Positions 9,814 through 20,081 of a stretch of 64,000 bases of DNA are shown here, in pieces; positions within the stretch are counted from its first letter, which is position 1, and the number at the start of each line of letters is the position of its first letter. The notes beneath the pieces were generated by a model. That model did no database searches. It saw only the letters and a list, made by a program, of their open reading frames with translations, and was not told the DNA's origin. A program made the translations under genes and the position numbers. Where the stretch lies: the NCBI GenBank assembly GCA_964638415.1, contig CAZWYP010000002.1, positions 33,997 to 97,996 on the forward strand, written 5' to 3'. This DNA comes from an uncultured Gammaproteobacteria bacterium. Lineage in GTDB: Bacteria > Patescibacteriota > Patescibacteriia > UBA1558 > GWA2-36-10.

Positions 9814-11553
9814 ATGAAATTACTTTGGGAGCATGTTAAAAAGTACAAGAAGACATTAGTTTTGACTATTGTTTTAGCTACTATTTCTCAGGTCTTTAGC
9901 TTGATCGATCCGCCGATTATTGGAATATTAATTGATAAATACGGCAGCCGGGCTAATGAATTATCCAACCAGGAATTTCTGCAGGGCATTTTATTATTGA
10001 TCGGCTTATGGATTTTAGTAGCTTTAGTATCCCGCATTGCCAAGAATTTCCAGGAATATTTTACTTCCTATATCACGGAAAAAGTCGGTGCTGATTTATA
10101 TCAGAAAGGAGTCAAACATTCTTTGCGTCTGCCCTATGAAATTTTTGAAGATCAGTCTTCCGGCAGGACTTTAGAGCAATTGCAGCGGGCTCGGGAAGAC
10201 AGCCGGCAGATTATTAATGACTTTATCGGCAAGATTTATTTATCCAGCATTACTTTACTATTAGTCATCGGTTATGCTTTTTACGTGTATTGGGCTATTG
10301 GCTTATTGTATCTAATTACCGGTCCCGTTGTCGGTCTGACCAGCTACTTTTTAGGCAAAAGAATTACCAAGGTGCAGAAAGAAATTTTTGCCCAAAGCAA
10401 TGAATTAGCCGGCTCTACTACGGAGACTTTGCGGAATGTGGAATTGGTAAAGTCTTTAGGGCTGGATAGCCAAGAAATTGGCCGTTTGAATAAAGTGACT
10501 GACGATATTCTGGCTTTAGAGATTAAGAAGATTAAAGTAATACGTTTGCTAAGCTTTTTGCAAGGCACTATGATTAATTTCCTGCGGGCTGTCCTTATTT
10601 TCTCCCTGCTGTTTTTTGCTTACCAAGGATTTATTAGCTTAGGTAATGTTTTAACTTTGATGTTTTATTCTTTCTTTGTCTTTAATCCCATTTTTGAGCT
10701 GGGTAATATTATTATTAAATATCATGAAGCTAAGGCCAGCTTAGAAAATTACCAGAAGATTCTCAACCAGCCGGTAGAAGCTTTGCCTGTAAATCCGCAA
10801 GCAGTGAATAATTTGCAGAAAATTGTTTTTAATAAAGTTAGCTTCCAGCATCACAGTGCAGAAGTTCCCGCAGTTAAAGACATCAGTTTGGAAATTAAGA
10901 CTGGGGAAGCAGTAGCCTTTGTCGGCCCTTCCGGTTCCGGCAAGAGCACGATGATGAAATTAATCTTGGGTCTTTACCATCCGCAGCATGGCAAGATTTA
11001 TTTTAATGATATACCGACTGACCAGCTGGATTACCAGGCTTGGCGCAAGAAAATCGGTTTTGTTTCCCAAGAGACACAGCTGTTTGCCGGGACCATCAAA
11101 GAGAATCTGCTGTTTGTGAAACCAGAAGCAACCGATGAAGAGCTGCTGAAAGTTTTGGAACAAGCCGCGGCCAATGCCATTTTAGCCAGAGCTAAATCAG
11201 GTTTGGATACCAGGATTGGAGAGAACGGCATTAAATTATCCGGCGGGGAGCGGCAGCGCTTGGCTATTGCCCGCGCGCTTTTACGCCAGCCTGAGCTTTT
11301 GATCTTTGATGAAGCCACTTCCAGCTTGGATTCATTGACGGAAAAGGAAATTGCCGACACTATTCATGATATTAGTAAGCAGCGTCAGGATTTAATTACC
11401 ATCAGCATTGCCCATCGTTTGTCGACAATTATTAAAGCGGACCGGATTTATGTCTTAAGCCAGGGGCAGCTAACAGAAACCGGCAAGCATGAAGATTTAC
11501 TGGCTAATAATGGCTTGTACCAGGCGCTATGGCGGCAGCAAACAGGAGTTTAG
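9814..11553 (+). CDS. ABC exporter, fused permease and ATPase (MsbA/MdlB-like)
   Basis: 6-TM domain, GPSGSGKST, LSGGERQRLAIARA, DEATS, AHRLS. Confidence 0.93.
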   Translation: MKLLWEHVKKYKKTLVLTIVLATISQVFSLIDPPIIGILIDKYGSRANELSNQEFLQGILLLIGLWILVALVSRIAKNFQEYFTSYITEKVGADLYQKGVKHSLRLPYEIFEDQSSGRTLEQLQRAREDSRQIINDFIGKIYLSSITLLLVIGYAFYVYWAIGLLYLITGPVVGLTSYFLGKRITKVQKEIFAQSNELAGSTTETLRNVELVKSLGLDSQEIGRLNKVTDDILALEIKKIKVIRLLSFLQGTMINFLRAVLIFSLLFFAYQGFISLGNVLTLMFYSFFVFNPIFELGNIIIKYHEAKASLENYQKILNQPVEALPVNPQAVNNLQKIVFNKVSFQHHSAEVPAVKDISLEIKTGEAVAFVGPSGSGKSTMMKLILGLYHPQHGKIYFNDIPTDQLDYQAWRKKIGFVSQETQLFAGTIKENLLFVKPEATDEELLKVLEQAAANAILARAKSGLDTRIGENGIKLSGGERQRLAIARALLRQPELLIFDEATSSLDSLTEKEIADTIHDISKQRQDLITISIAHRLSTIIKADRIYVLSQGQLTETGKHEDLLANNGLYQALWRQQTGV

Positions 11554-11568
11554 CGTCGTAATAAAAAC

Positions 11569-11597
11569 TTGCTTTTTTATCCCAATTTTATTATAAT
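11569..11597 (+). promoter_or_regulatory. Sigma70-type promoter of glyQS
   Basis: TTGCTT-17 nt-TATAAT. Confidence 0.65.
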
Positions 11598-11632
11598 TTT
11601 GTTGTTAAACATCTTTAGTTAAATTAATTTTC

Positions 11633-13021
11633 ATGGAAAATCTGCGTAAAATTGACAAAGTAGTCAACCTGGCCAAGCGCCGGGGTTTTATCTATCCGTC
11701 TTCAGAAATTTATGGCGGTTTGGGCTCTATTTATGACTACGGCCCCTTGGGTGTGGAATTAAAAAATAATGTTAAAAAAGCTTGGTGGGATTTTATGGTT
11801 TCCCGTTTGGATGTAGTAGGTTTGGATTCTGGTATTTTAATGCATCCTAAGATCTGGGAAGCTTCCGGCCATTTAGCCGGTTTTACTGATCCACTGGTAG
11901 ATTGCAAGAAATGCAAATCCCGTTTCCGAGCCGATCATCTATTGGAAGCTAAAGGTATTAAGCCTAATTTTGGTACAGATAAAGCTTTGGACATGAAAAA
12001 CATCAAGTGTCCGGAATGCGGCGGTGAATTAACTGATGTCCGCCAATTTAATCTGATGTTCAAGACTTTTATCGGGCCGGTAGAAGAACAGGCTAATCAG
12101 ATTTACTTGCGACCGGAAACTGCTCAAGGCATTTATGTTAATTTTCTCAATGTTAAAGATTCTTTGAGAATGAAAATGCCTTTTGGTATTGCTCAAATCG
12201 GTAAGGCCTTCCGTAATGAAATTACGCCCGGTAATTTTATTTTCCGTATGCGGGAGTTTGAACAGATGGAAATGCAGTATTTTACCCATCCTAATGATAT
12301 TGACCAGTTATTTGACAACTGGCAGGCTTGGCGCCGGCAGTGGTATTTGGATTTAGGGATGAATGAGCAGAATCTCCGTTTCCGCGAGCATGATGCCAAT
12401 GAATTAGCGCATTATGCTAAGAGAGCTTTGGATATTGAATATAATTTCAGTTTTTCTGAACAGGAGACTTTTAAGGAATTAGAAGGCATCCATAATCGTG
12501 GCACTTGGGATTTATCCCGTCACCAGGAATATTCCGGACAGAAATTGTCAGTTAAGGATGAGAATAACCAGGATTATCTGCCGCATATTTTGGAAACTTC
12601 CGCTGGAGCAGACAGAACAACCCTAGCTTTCTTAATGGAAGCCTATACAGAAATAGAGGGAGGCCGGACTACTACTACGGAAAGTAATAAGGAGGTGGAA
12701 GTTGTTCTTAAGCTCCATAAGAAATTAGCTCCGATTAAAATTGCCATTCTGCCTTTATCTAAGAAAGAAGATTTGACTAAGAAGTCGTTGGAGGCTTACC
12801 AGCAGCTGGTTAAGGAATACCGCCTGCAATATGATGAAACCGGCAGCATTGGCAAGCGCTATCGCCGGCAGGATGAAATTGGCACTCCTTATTGTGTGAC
12901 CATAGATTTTGCTACTTTAGAAAATAACCAAGTGACAGTCAGAGACCGGGATACCATGGAGCAGGATCATGTGAATATTAATGAGTTAAGTGATTACTTT
13001 AGAGATAAATTTAAAAATTAA
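11633..13021 (+). CDS. glyQS: Glycyl-tRNA synthetase, alpha2 homodimeric type
   Basis: YLRPETAQGIY, FRNEITP, REFEQME, IGKRYRRQDEIGTP. Confidence 0.96.
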   Translation: MENLRKIDKVVNLAKRRGFIYPSSEIYGGLGSIYDYGPLGVELKNNVKKAWWDFMVSRLDVVGLDSGILMHPKIWEASGHLAGFTDPLVDCKKCKSRFRADHLLEAKGIKPNFGTDKALDMKNIKCPECGGELTDVRQFNLMFKTFIGPVEEQANQIYLRPETAQGIYVNFLNVKDSLRMKMPFGIAQIGKAFRNEITPGNFIFRMREFEQMEMQYFTHPNDIDQLFDNWQAWRRQWYLDLGMNEQNLRFREHDANELAHYAKRALDIEYNFSFSEQETFKELEGIHNRGTWDLSRHQEYSGQKLSVKDENNQDYLPHILETSAGADRTTLAFLMEAYTEIEGGRTTTTESNKEVEVVLKLHKKLAPIKIAILPLSKKEDLTKKSLEAYQQLVKEYRLQYDETGSIGKRYRRQDEIGTPYCVTIDFATLENNQVTVRDRDTMEQDHVNINELSDYFRDKFKN

Positions 13022-13032
13022 AATAAAATAAT

Positions 13033-13617
13033 ATGAAAGCAGCACCAAAAAATCCAGAACCAACACCAGTGCGCGCTCCTCAAAGCAGCGGCGCTAAAAC
13101 TGCTCTGGTTATGGTTATTATCTTAATTATTATTGCCGGCGGCATCTATACTTGGCAGAATATGTTAGCCCAGGAGAAAGAAGGTGAAATAGAGCGTTTG
13201 CAGCAGCAGGTGAGCAATTTAAATGGACAGCTGGGACAGCTACAGAACCAGAATAGCGAATTAAATACCCAAGTAACTGAAATTCAGGAAGAAAAGGACA
13301 GGCAAAAGAAAATTGACGACATCACTGCGGCTATTGGTGATTTGTTTGTCAATAAATATAATGAAGATATCAGTGAATTAACGGTGAATATAGAGAAAGA
13401 TGCACCAGAGCATGTTTATGGTGGATTTAAATTATCTTTTGATCCTGATGTAGCTGGCGGTTATTTCTTCGCTACCGTAATAGAGGGCAAGTGGAAAATA
13501 GTGTTATCCGGCAATGGAGCAATACCCTGCGAGTTATTGGCTCACTACAATTTCCCGGATGAGATGAAAGATCAGTGCGTCTCAGTCGGCGATGATTGGG
13601 AATCTTACCAAGAGTAA
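13033..13617 (+). CDS. Membrane-anchored coiled-coil protein
   Basis: TM helix, Gln-rich coiled coil, and small C-terminal domain with two Cys. Confidence 0.7.
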   Translation: MKAAPKNPEPTPVRAPQSSGAKTALVMVIILIIIAGGIYTWQNMLAQEKEGEIERLQQQVSNLNGQLGQLQNQNSELNTQVTEIQEEKDRQKKIDDITAAIGDLFVNKYNEDISELTVNIEKDAPEHVYGGFKLSFDPDVAGGYFFATVIEGKWKIVLSGNGAIPCELLAHYNFPDEMKDQCVSVGDDWESYQE

Positions 13618-13627
13618 TTTAAAAAAT

Positions 13628-14332
13628 ATGGATGCACCACAAACCAATCCAACTTTAACCAGCCACAAATCTCATACCGGAGCCTGGGTTATTTTAACGA
13701 TAATCATTACTTTAATTGTAGCAGGTGGCGGAGTCTATGCCTGGCAGTATACTATTCAACAGGAAAAGGATGGAGAGATTCAGAGGTTGAGTGAGCAGGT
13801 TGGTAATTTAAATTCACAAATCAGTCAACTGCAACAGGAGAAGATAATATTAACTGAGCAAATTTCACAATTACAAGATGAAAAAGAAAAACAATTAAAA
13901 GTAGATTTGGATAATTGGCAGATTTATACTCACCCACTAAATAATTGGACTATAAAATACCCGGAAGATTGGCATTATAAAGAATATAATCAAAGTGTAG
14001 GTTTCGCTCCCCAGGATTTTGTCTTTGATGATATATCAGAAAGTCCTCCTCATATTGAGTGGGTGATTTATCAGAATCCAGATAGGATTAGTATGCAGGA
14101 CTTTTTTAATGGTGCAAATAAACCAGATTACTTTAAGGATGCTCTTGGAGGAATAGAAAACGTAAATATTGATGGTATTGAATCTAAGAAATTTAAAAAT
14201 GTTGCGGGGATTACTTCTTATACAATTACAGTTATTCCTAAAGGAGAGTTATTTGTAGAGTTGTCAGATAATGGTGACAATCATCAAATAGACGGTATTT
14301 ATGAGGGGATGTTAAGTAGTATTAAATTTTGA
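13628..14332 (+). CDS. Membrane-anchored coiled-coil protein with PsbP-like C-terminal domain
   Basis: N-terminal module paralogous to the previous gene; WQIYT...WTIKYPEDW motif; ATG at 13628 preferred. Confidence 0.65.
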   Translation: MDAPQTNPTLTSHKSHTGAWVILTIIITLIVAGGGVYAWQYTIQQEKDGEIQRLSEQVGNLNSQISQLQQEKIILTEQISQLQDEKEKQLKVDLDNWQIYTHPLNNWTIKYPEDWHYKEYNQSVGFAPQDFVFDDISESPPHIEWVIYQNPDRISMQDFFNGANKPDYFKDALGGIENVNIDGIESKKFKNVAGITSYTITVIPKGELFVELSDNGDNHQIDGIYEGMLSSIKF

Positions 14333-14335
14333 TCA

Positions 14336-15604
14336 ATGTATAAAAAAATAGTAAGAAAAGACGGTAGCGTCATTATCTTAATTCCCAAGCATGAAACCAA
14401 AGCTGTCACTTTTGAGGTGATGTATAAAGTTGGCAGCCGCCAGGAAAGTGCTGCTATTAACGGTGTATCCCATTTTGTTGAGCACTTGATGTTCAAAGGT
14501 ACAGACCGTCGTCCAGACACTACTACAATTTTTAAAGAATTAGATTCAGTCGGTGCCGAATACAATGCTTTTACTGGCAAAGAATATACGGGATATTACA
14601 TTACTGCTGACAGTAAGCATTTAGTTTTAGCCATGGATATGCTGTCAGATATGCTGCATAATTCCAAATTTGACAAAAAAGAAATAGATCGGGAGCGGGG
14701 AGTGATTATTGAAGAGATTAATATGTATGAAGATAATCCTCTGATGTACGCGGAAGATGTCTTTGAGAATTTAATTTATCATGACACTGCTTTAGGGCGC
14801 TTAATTGCTGGTCCGCGGGAGAATATCCGCAAAGTGTCCAGAGACACTCTATATAATTACCATAAGAAATATTATTATTCCGGCAATATGGTTATTGCTT
14901 TAGCTGGTAAGTTCAATCAGTCACAAGCTTTGAAACTAATTAACAAATATTTCCCAGTCGGTAAAAAACAAGCTAGAGTAAGAATCCAACCCATTGCCAG
15001 TATTAAGCAAACCGGTCCGCAAGTAAGCATTCTTAACCGTAATTTAGAGCAAGTGCAGTTGGTTTTAGGCTTTCGGTCAGTTGGTAAGAAAGATAAGAAA
15101 TTTTTAACCCAGCAGTTATTGGCTAATATCTTGGGTGGTGCTATGAGTTCCCGGCTATTTATCCAGATCAGGGAGCGCAAAGGCTTATGCTATTTTATCC
15201 GGGCTAATGCTGATGGTTATGAGGATATTGGCAATTTCAACATCCATAGCGGTTTGAATAAGCTAAAAATATATGAAGCATTGTCAGCAATTAAATCTGA
15301 ACTGAATAAGATTAAAACTGAAGGAATAACCAAGGATGAATTATTTAAGGCTAAGGAGAATATTAAGGGCAGGATGATTCTTAATTTAGAGCATGCCAAC
15401 ACTTATCTTAATTTTATTGTCTGGCAGGAATTATTAGGCAAGCCCATTAAAGACTTAGAACAGCTATTGAAAGAATTAGATAAGATCAGCTTGAAGCAAG
15501 TTAATGACTTTGCCCGCCAAATGATCCAGTGGCCAAAGAGCAATCTGGCTATTATCGGGCCGTTTAAGAGTAAGCAAGAATTTTTAAAAATCTTAAAAAG
15601 TTAA
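14336..15604 (+). CDS. M16 (pitrilysin-family) zinc peptidase
   Basis: HFVEH (HxxEH), NAFTGKEYT, SSRLFIQIRERKGLCY. Confidence 0.92.
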   Translation: MYKKIVRKDGSVIILIPKHETKAVTFEVMYKVGSRQESAAINGVSHFVEHLMFKGTDRRPDTTTIFKELDSVGAEYNAFTGKEYTGYYITADSKHLVLAMDMLSDMLHNSKFDKKEIDRERGVIIEEINMYEDNPLMYAEDVFENLIYHDTALGRLIAGPRENIRKVSRDTLYNYHKKYYYSGNMVIALAGKFNQSQALKLINKYFPVGKKQARVRIQPIASIKQTGPQVSILNRNLEQVQLVLGFRSVGKKDKKFLTQQLLANILGGAMSSRLFIQIRERKGLCYFIRANADGYEDIGNFNIHSGLNKLKIYEALSAIKSELNKIKTEGITKDELFKAKENIKGRMILNLEHANTYLNFIVWQELLGKPIKDLEQLLKELDKISLKQVNDFARQMIQWPKSNLAIIGPFKSKQEFLKILKS

Positions 15605-15614
15605 TTATAAATAT

Positions 15615-16658
15615 ATGCCGGATTTAAAAAATATTTCCATTTCTACCGGATCAATGATCAGAGTCATCGTCATTCTATTAGTACTAGGCTTTGTCTATCT
15701 GGTCAAAGACGTGCTGGTGTTATTATTTGTAGCAATTATACTTTCTGCTGCTTTTGATCCAATGGTAGACTGGCTGCAGACTAAAAAGATACCTCGCGCT
15801 TTAAGCATTTTGGGCGTTTATATTATCTTCATCGGTTTGGTCGCCACTATTATCTATAGCTTAGCCGGACCGGTTAAGGACCAGATCTTAGACATTGCCC
15901 GCGATGCTAATACTGCCCAGATCTACCAGAAGGTAGATGAAGGCTTGCGCAATTTAAGCGCGATTGGCACGGCGGATCATCGTCCGACCAGCAGCGGTTT
16001 GTCCGTAGTAATTAGCAATTTATCCAAAGCTTCCAGCGGAATATTTAACTTTATCATTTCCCTATTCGGCGGCGTTGTTTCCTTCTTTATCGTCTTAGTA
16101 ATGACTTTTTATCTGGTGGTGGAAGAAGAAGGCATGAAAAGATTTATCCGCAGCTTAACGCCAGACCAGCATCAGCCTTATGTGACGCAATTGGTTAAAA
16201 GGATTCAGGAGCGCTTAGCCTGGTGGCTGCGCGGACAACTTATTCTCTCCTTAATTGTCTTTTTCTTGGTTTATCTGGGCTTGACTATTTTAGGAGTAAA
16301 ATACGCTTTATTATTGGCTTTAGTGGCCGGCATTTTTGAAATCATCCCTTACTTAGGACCAACGCTATCTGCTATCCCAGCTGTCTTTTTCGCCTTTTTG
16401 CAGAAGCCAAGCTTAGCGGTCTTTACCATTATTCTCTATGTTTTAATCCAGCAGGCGGAGAATCATTTAATTGTCCCTAAAGTAATGGGCAAAGTCGTTG
16501 GCTTAAATCCCTTGGTAGTTATTTTAAGCATTTTAATCGGTGCTCGCTTAGCCGGTGCTCTCGGCGCTTTATTAGCGGTTCCAGTGGTAACTGCTTTAGC
16601 AGTTTATGTTGAAGATTTGCTGGATAAGCAGAGAGCAGAAAGAAATAAATTAGCTTAA
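15615..16658 (+). CDS. AI-2E family transporter
   Basis: Multi-TM protein; IPYLGP, QQAENHLIVPKVMG, GLNP, LAVP. Confidence 0.9.
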   Translation: MPDLKNISISTGSMIRVIVILLVLGFVYLVKDVLVLLFVAIILSAAFDPMVDWLQTKKIPRALSILGVYIIFIGLVATIIYSLAGPVKDQILDIARDANTAQIYQKVDEGLRNLSAIGTADHRPTSSGLSVVISNLSKASSGIFNFIISLFGGVVSFFIVLVMTFYLVVEEEGMKRFIRSLTPDQHQPYVTQLVKRIQERLAWWLRGQLILSLIVFFLVYLGLTILGVKYALLLALVAGIFEIIPYLGPTLSAIPAVFFAFLQKPSLAVFTIILYVLIQQAENHLIVPKVMGKVVGLNPLVVILSILIGARLAGALGALLAVPVVTALAVYVEDLLDKQRAERNKLA

Positions 16659-17326
16659 TGTCTAAACTTTTTATCGTCGCTACGCCAATTGGCAATTTGG
16701 CAGATATTACTTATCGGGCAGTGGAGGTCTTGCAGGCTGTAGATTTTGTATTAGCCGAAGATAAAAGAGTGAGTAAAAAGTTATTTGACCATTACCAGAT
16801 TAACACTGAGCTTTTAGTCTGGCATCAGCACAGTAAAGTAGGCGATTGGCAAAAGATTAGAAGATTATTGCAGCAAGGCCAAGACCTTGCGCTAATTACT
16901 GATGCCGGCACGCCGGGTGTTTCCGATCCTGGCGGTAAGTTAATTGAATTAGTCTTGAAGGAATTGCCGGAAACAAAAATCATTCCCATTCCTGGCGTTT
17001 CAGCTTTAACTGCTTTAATTTCCGTAGCCGGCATTGCGCTGGATAACTTTTTGTTTTTAGGCTTCCTGCCTCATAAGAAAGGAAGACAGACTCTAATTAA
17101 AGAAATTAAAGACAGTAAAGTTCCGGTTATCTTTTTTGAATCTGTCCACCGGATTAATAAAGCTTTAGAGCAATTGGCAGACAGCCCTAAGCAATTAATT
17201 GTCGGTCGGGAGTTAACCAAGCAGTTTGAGACTGTTTACCGGGGAACCGCCCAAAATATTCTTAGTCAATTAAATAAAAACAAAGATCAAGTTAAAGGAG
17301 AGTTTGTCGTGATTGTAAACAAATGA
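16658..17326 (+). CDS. rsmI: 16S rRNA C1402 2'-O-methyltransferase
   Basis: VATPIGNLADIT, DAGTPGVSDPG, RELTKQFE, KGEFV. Confidence 0.95.
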   Translation: MSKLFIVATPIGNLADITYRAVEVLQAVDFVLAEDKRVSKKLFDHYQINTELLVWHQHSKVGDWQKIRRLLQQGQDLALITDAGTPGVSDPGGKLIELVLKELPETKIIPIPGVSALTALISVAGIALDNFLFLGFLPHKKGRQTLIKEIKDSKVPVIFFESVHRINKALEQLADSPKQLIVGRELTKQFETVYRGTAQNILSQLNKNKDQVKGEFVVIVNK

Positions 17327-18762
17327 AAAAGTTTTATCTAACTACCCCTATTTATTATGTTAATGCTGCTCCGCATATCGGGCATGCTTATACTACGGTT
17401 TTAGCTGATGTTTTAGCTGCCTATTACCGCCAGCTTTATGGCAAGGATAATGTGTATTTTCTTACCGGCACTGATGAGCATGGCGCTAAGGTAGCCGAGT
17501 CTGCGGCTAAGCAGAAATTGACTGCTCAAGCATTTACTGATCAAGTCAGTCAGCAATTTAAAGATGCCTGGCAGAATTTAGAAATAGGTTATGATGATTT
17601 TATCCGTACCACAGACAAGCGCCATCAAAAAATAGTTCAGGAGATTCTAATTAAACTCAAAGATAAAGGCGTTTTATATGAAGCAGATTATGAAGGTTTA
17701 TATTGCATTGGCTGCGAAAAATTTATTTCCGAAAGCGAATTAATTGACGGCAAATGCCCAGATCATAACCGTATTCCAGAAATAGTCAAAGAAAAGAATT
17801 GGTTTTTTAATTTGCAGAAGTTTTTGCCGGAGATAGCCAAGCAGATTAAAGCGGATAAATTAAAAATAGTTCCCAGCACCAGGAAAAATGAAGTGCTAGG
17901 CTTAATTAAGCAAGGTATTCCGGATTTTTCCATTTCCCGTTCAGTTAAGTCAGTGCCTTGGGGCATAGACTTGCCTTGGGATAAAAACCAAAAAGCCTAT
18001 GTCTGGGTAGATGCTCTGCCTAATTATATTACGGCTTTAGATTATCCGCAGGGAGAAAAGTTTAAAAAATTCTGGCCGGCTGATGTCCAATTTTTAGGCT
18101 TGGAGATTATTAAATTCCATGCTTTGTACTGGCCGGCAATTTTATTGGCTTTAGGCTTGCCTTTGCCTAAAATGCTGGCAGTTCATGGCTTCTTTACCAT
18201 TGATGGCAAGAAGATGAGTAAGACTTTAGGCAATGTCATTCATCCTGATGAATTAGTTAAAGAATACGGAGCAGAAGCTACTAAGTATTTATTGCTTTCC
18301 CAGTTTTCTTTCGGTCATGAGTCGGATATTAAAGTCAGTGAATTTACCGTTAAGTATAATGCGGACTTGGTTAATGGTTTGGGCAATTTAGTGAATAGAG
18401 TGACTAATATGGTGGAGCAGTATTTAGAGGGTAAGCTTGCATTGACATTAAAGCCTGCTAAATGGACAGTGGCAGCAAATAAAGATATTTCCAATTTGCA
18501 ATTTAGGGAAGCTTTACTGAAGATTTGGGAGCCAATTCATAAACTGAATGAGCAGATTGACAAAACCAAGCCTTGGGAATTAGCTAAAGATCCTGCCCAG
18601 CACAGTAAACTGAAGAAGTTATTGACTGAGTTTAGCGAAGAGCTGTATAGCATCGCTAAAAGCTTGCAGCCTTTCCTGCCCAGTATCTCAGAAAAGATCA
18701 TTAAAATTTTAACTGCTAAAAAAATTAGCAAACCTAAAGAGCCATTATTTAAACGAAAATAA
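17323..18762 (+). CDS. metG: Methionyl-tRNA synthetase
   Basis: HIGH, GTDEHG, YVWVDAL, KMSKT. Confidence 0.96.
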   Translation: MKKFYLTTPIYYVNAAPHIGHAYTTVLADVLAAYYRQLYGKDNVYFLTGTDEHGAKVAESAAKQKLTAQAFTDQVSQQFKDAWQNLEIGYDDFIRTTDKRHQKIVQEILIKLKDKGVLYEADYEGLYCIGCEKFISESELIDGKCPDHNRIPEIVKEKNWFFNLQKFLPEIAKQIKADKLKIVPSTRKNEVLGLIKQGIPDFSISRSVKSVPWGIDLPWDKNQKAYVWVDALPNYITALDYPQGEKFKKFWPADVQFLGLEIIKFHALYWPAILLALGLPLPKMLAVHGFFTIDGKKMSKTLGNVIHPDELVKEYGAEATKYLLLSQFSFGHESDIKVSEFTVKYNADLVNGLGNLVNRVTNMVEQYLEGKLALTLKPAKWTVAANKDISNLQFREALLKIWEPIHKLNEQIDKTKPWELAKDPAQHSKLKKLLTEFSEELYSIAKSLQPFLPSISEKIIKILTAKKISKPKEPLFKRK

Positions 18763-18763
18763 T

Positions 18764-19270
18764 ATGAATTGGTTAGATTATTTAATAATTCTTATCCTGT
18801 TATTCTTTATCTGGAAAGGATTCCGCGCCGGCTTAGTCGGAGCTATTGGCGGATTCTTGGGCATTGTCGTTGGCATCTGGGCCGGCAGTCATTTTATGGC
18901 CGCTTTTGGTTCTTGGCTGACAAATGCTTTCCATTGGGATAATCTGCAGCTGGCTAATATTATTGCCTTTGTGGCGATTTTCTTAGCCGTCAATATTATT
19001 TTCAGCATCATTGTCTGGATTATTAACAAGATTTTTAATATCATTCCCTTTATTGACTTAGCCAATAAGCTAGCGGGAGCAGTTATTGGCTTTATTGGCG
19101 GAGTACTGGCAGTGGCTGCCTTGATTTACTTAATGTCAATCTTTTCCTTAAGTGAAAGTTTCAACCAGACTTTAACCAGTTCCCAATTAGCTGATCTGGC
19201 AGTAGCAGTTGCCGTAATTGTCAAACCCCTGATTCCGGAAGCAATTAAAAGCTTAAAGTCCATACTCTAA
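18764..19270 (+). CDS. cvpA: CvpA family membrane protein
   Basis: MNWLDYLII..GFRAG start and NKLAGAVIG motif. Confidence 0.85.
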   Translation: MNWLDYLIILILLFFIWKGFRAGLVGAIGGFLGIVVGIWAGSHFMAAFGSWLTNAFHWDNLQLANIIAFVAIFLAVNIIFSIIVWIINKIFNIIPFIDLANKLAGAVIGFIGGVLAVAALIYLMSIFSLSESFNQTLTSSQLADLAVAVAVIVKPLIPEAIKSLKSIL

Positions 19271-20080
19271 ATGTTAATTGATTCCCACTGCCATTTAAAC
19301 TTCCAAGCGTATAATGATGATCGCGAGGAAGTAATTAAGCGCTGCCATGCTGCCGGCATGAGATTAATTAATGTCGGGGCGGCTTTAGCTACTAGTCAGG
19401 GGGCGGTAAAATTAGCTCAGGAGAATAATAATTTTTATGCCAGTATTGGCTTACACCCAATTCATGTTTACGATGAGGAATTTAAAGCAGTGGATTACCA
19501 GCAGTTAATTGACAACAATCCAGGTAAAGTAGTAGCTTTAGGTGAAACTGGTTTTGATTATTACCACTTAGCAGAGCAATTTGCTAAAGGCGCTAAGTCA
19601 GTGGAAGAAGTCAGAGAAAGACAAGAAAATATTTTTCAGCAGCATATTGCTTTGGCTCAGCAGAATAATTTAGCCTTAATTGTCCATGGCAGAAATGGTG
19701 AGGATAATAATGCTTACCAGGATATTTACCATACTCTCAAGGAAGCTGGATTTAAGCGGGGAGTTATCCATTGTTTTGGCGGCAATTTAGCAGAAGCCAA
19801 GCAATTCGTGGAACTGGGTTTTTACCTAGGCTTTACAGGTATCCTGACTTTTGATAAAACAAAAGTAGTGGAAGAGATTGCGAGCTGGATGCCATTAGAT
19901 CGGATTTTAATTGAAACTGATGCTCCTTATTTATCTCCCGTGCCTCAGAGAGGTAAGCGCAATGAACCGGCTTTTGTCTACCACGTAGCTGAGAAATTAG
20001 CAGAGGTCAAGCATACTTCCGTGGCAGAAATTATTGAGATTACCGCAGCTAATGCCATTAAATTATTTGATTTGAAATAA
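19271..20080 (+). CDS. tatD: TatD family nuclease
   Basis: DSHCH, GLHP, GETGFDY, HCF, ETDAPYL, RGKRNEP. Confidence 0.93.
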   Translation: MLIDSHCHLNFQAYNDDREEVIKRCHAAGMRLINVGAALATSQGAVKLAQENNNFYASIGLHPIHVYDEEFKAVDYQQLIDNNPGKVVALGETGFDYYHLAEQFAKGAKSVEEVRERQENIFQQHIALAQQNNLALIVHGRNGEDNNAYQDIYHTLKEAGFKRGVIHCFGGNLAEAKQFVELGFYLGFTGILTFDKTKVVEEIASWMPLDRILIETDAPYLSPVPQRGKRNEPAFVYHVAEKLAEVKHTSVAEIIEITAANAIKLFDLK

Positions 20081-20081
20081 C

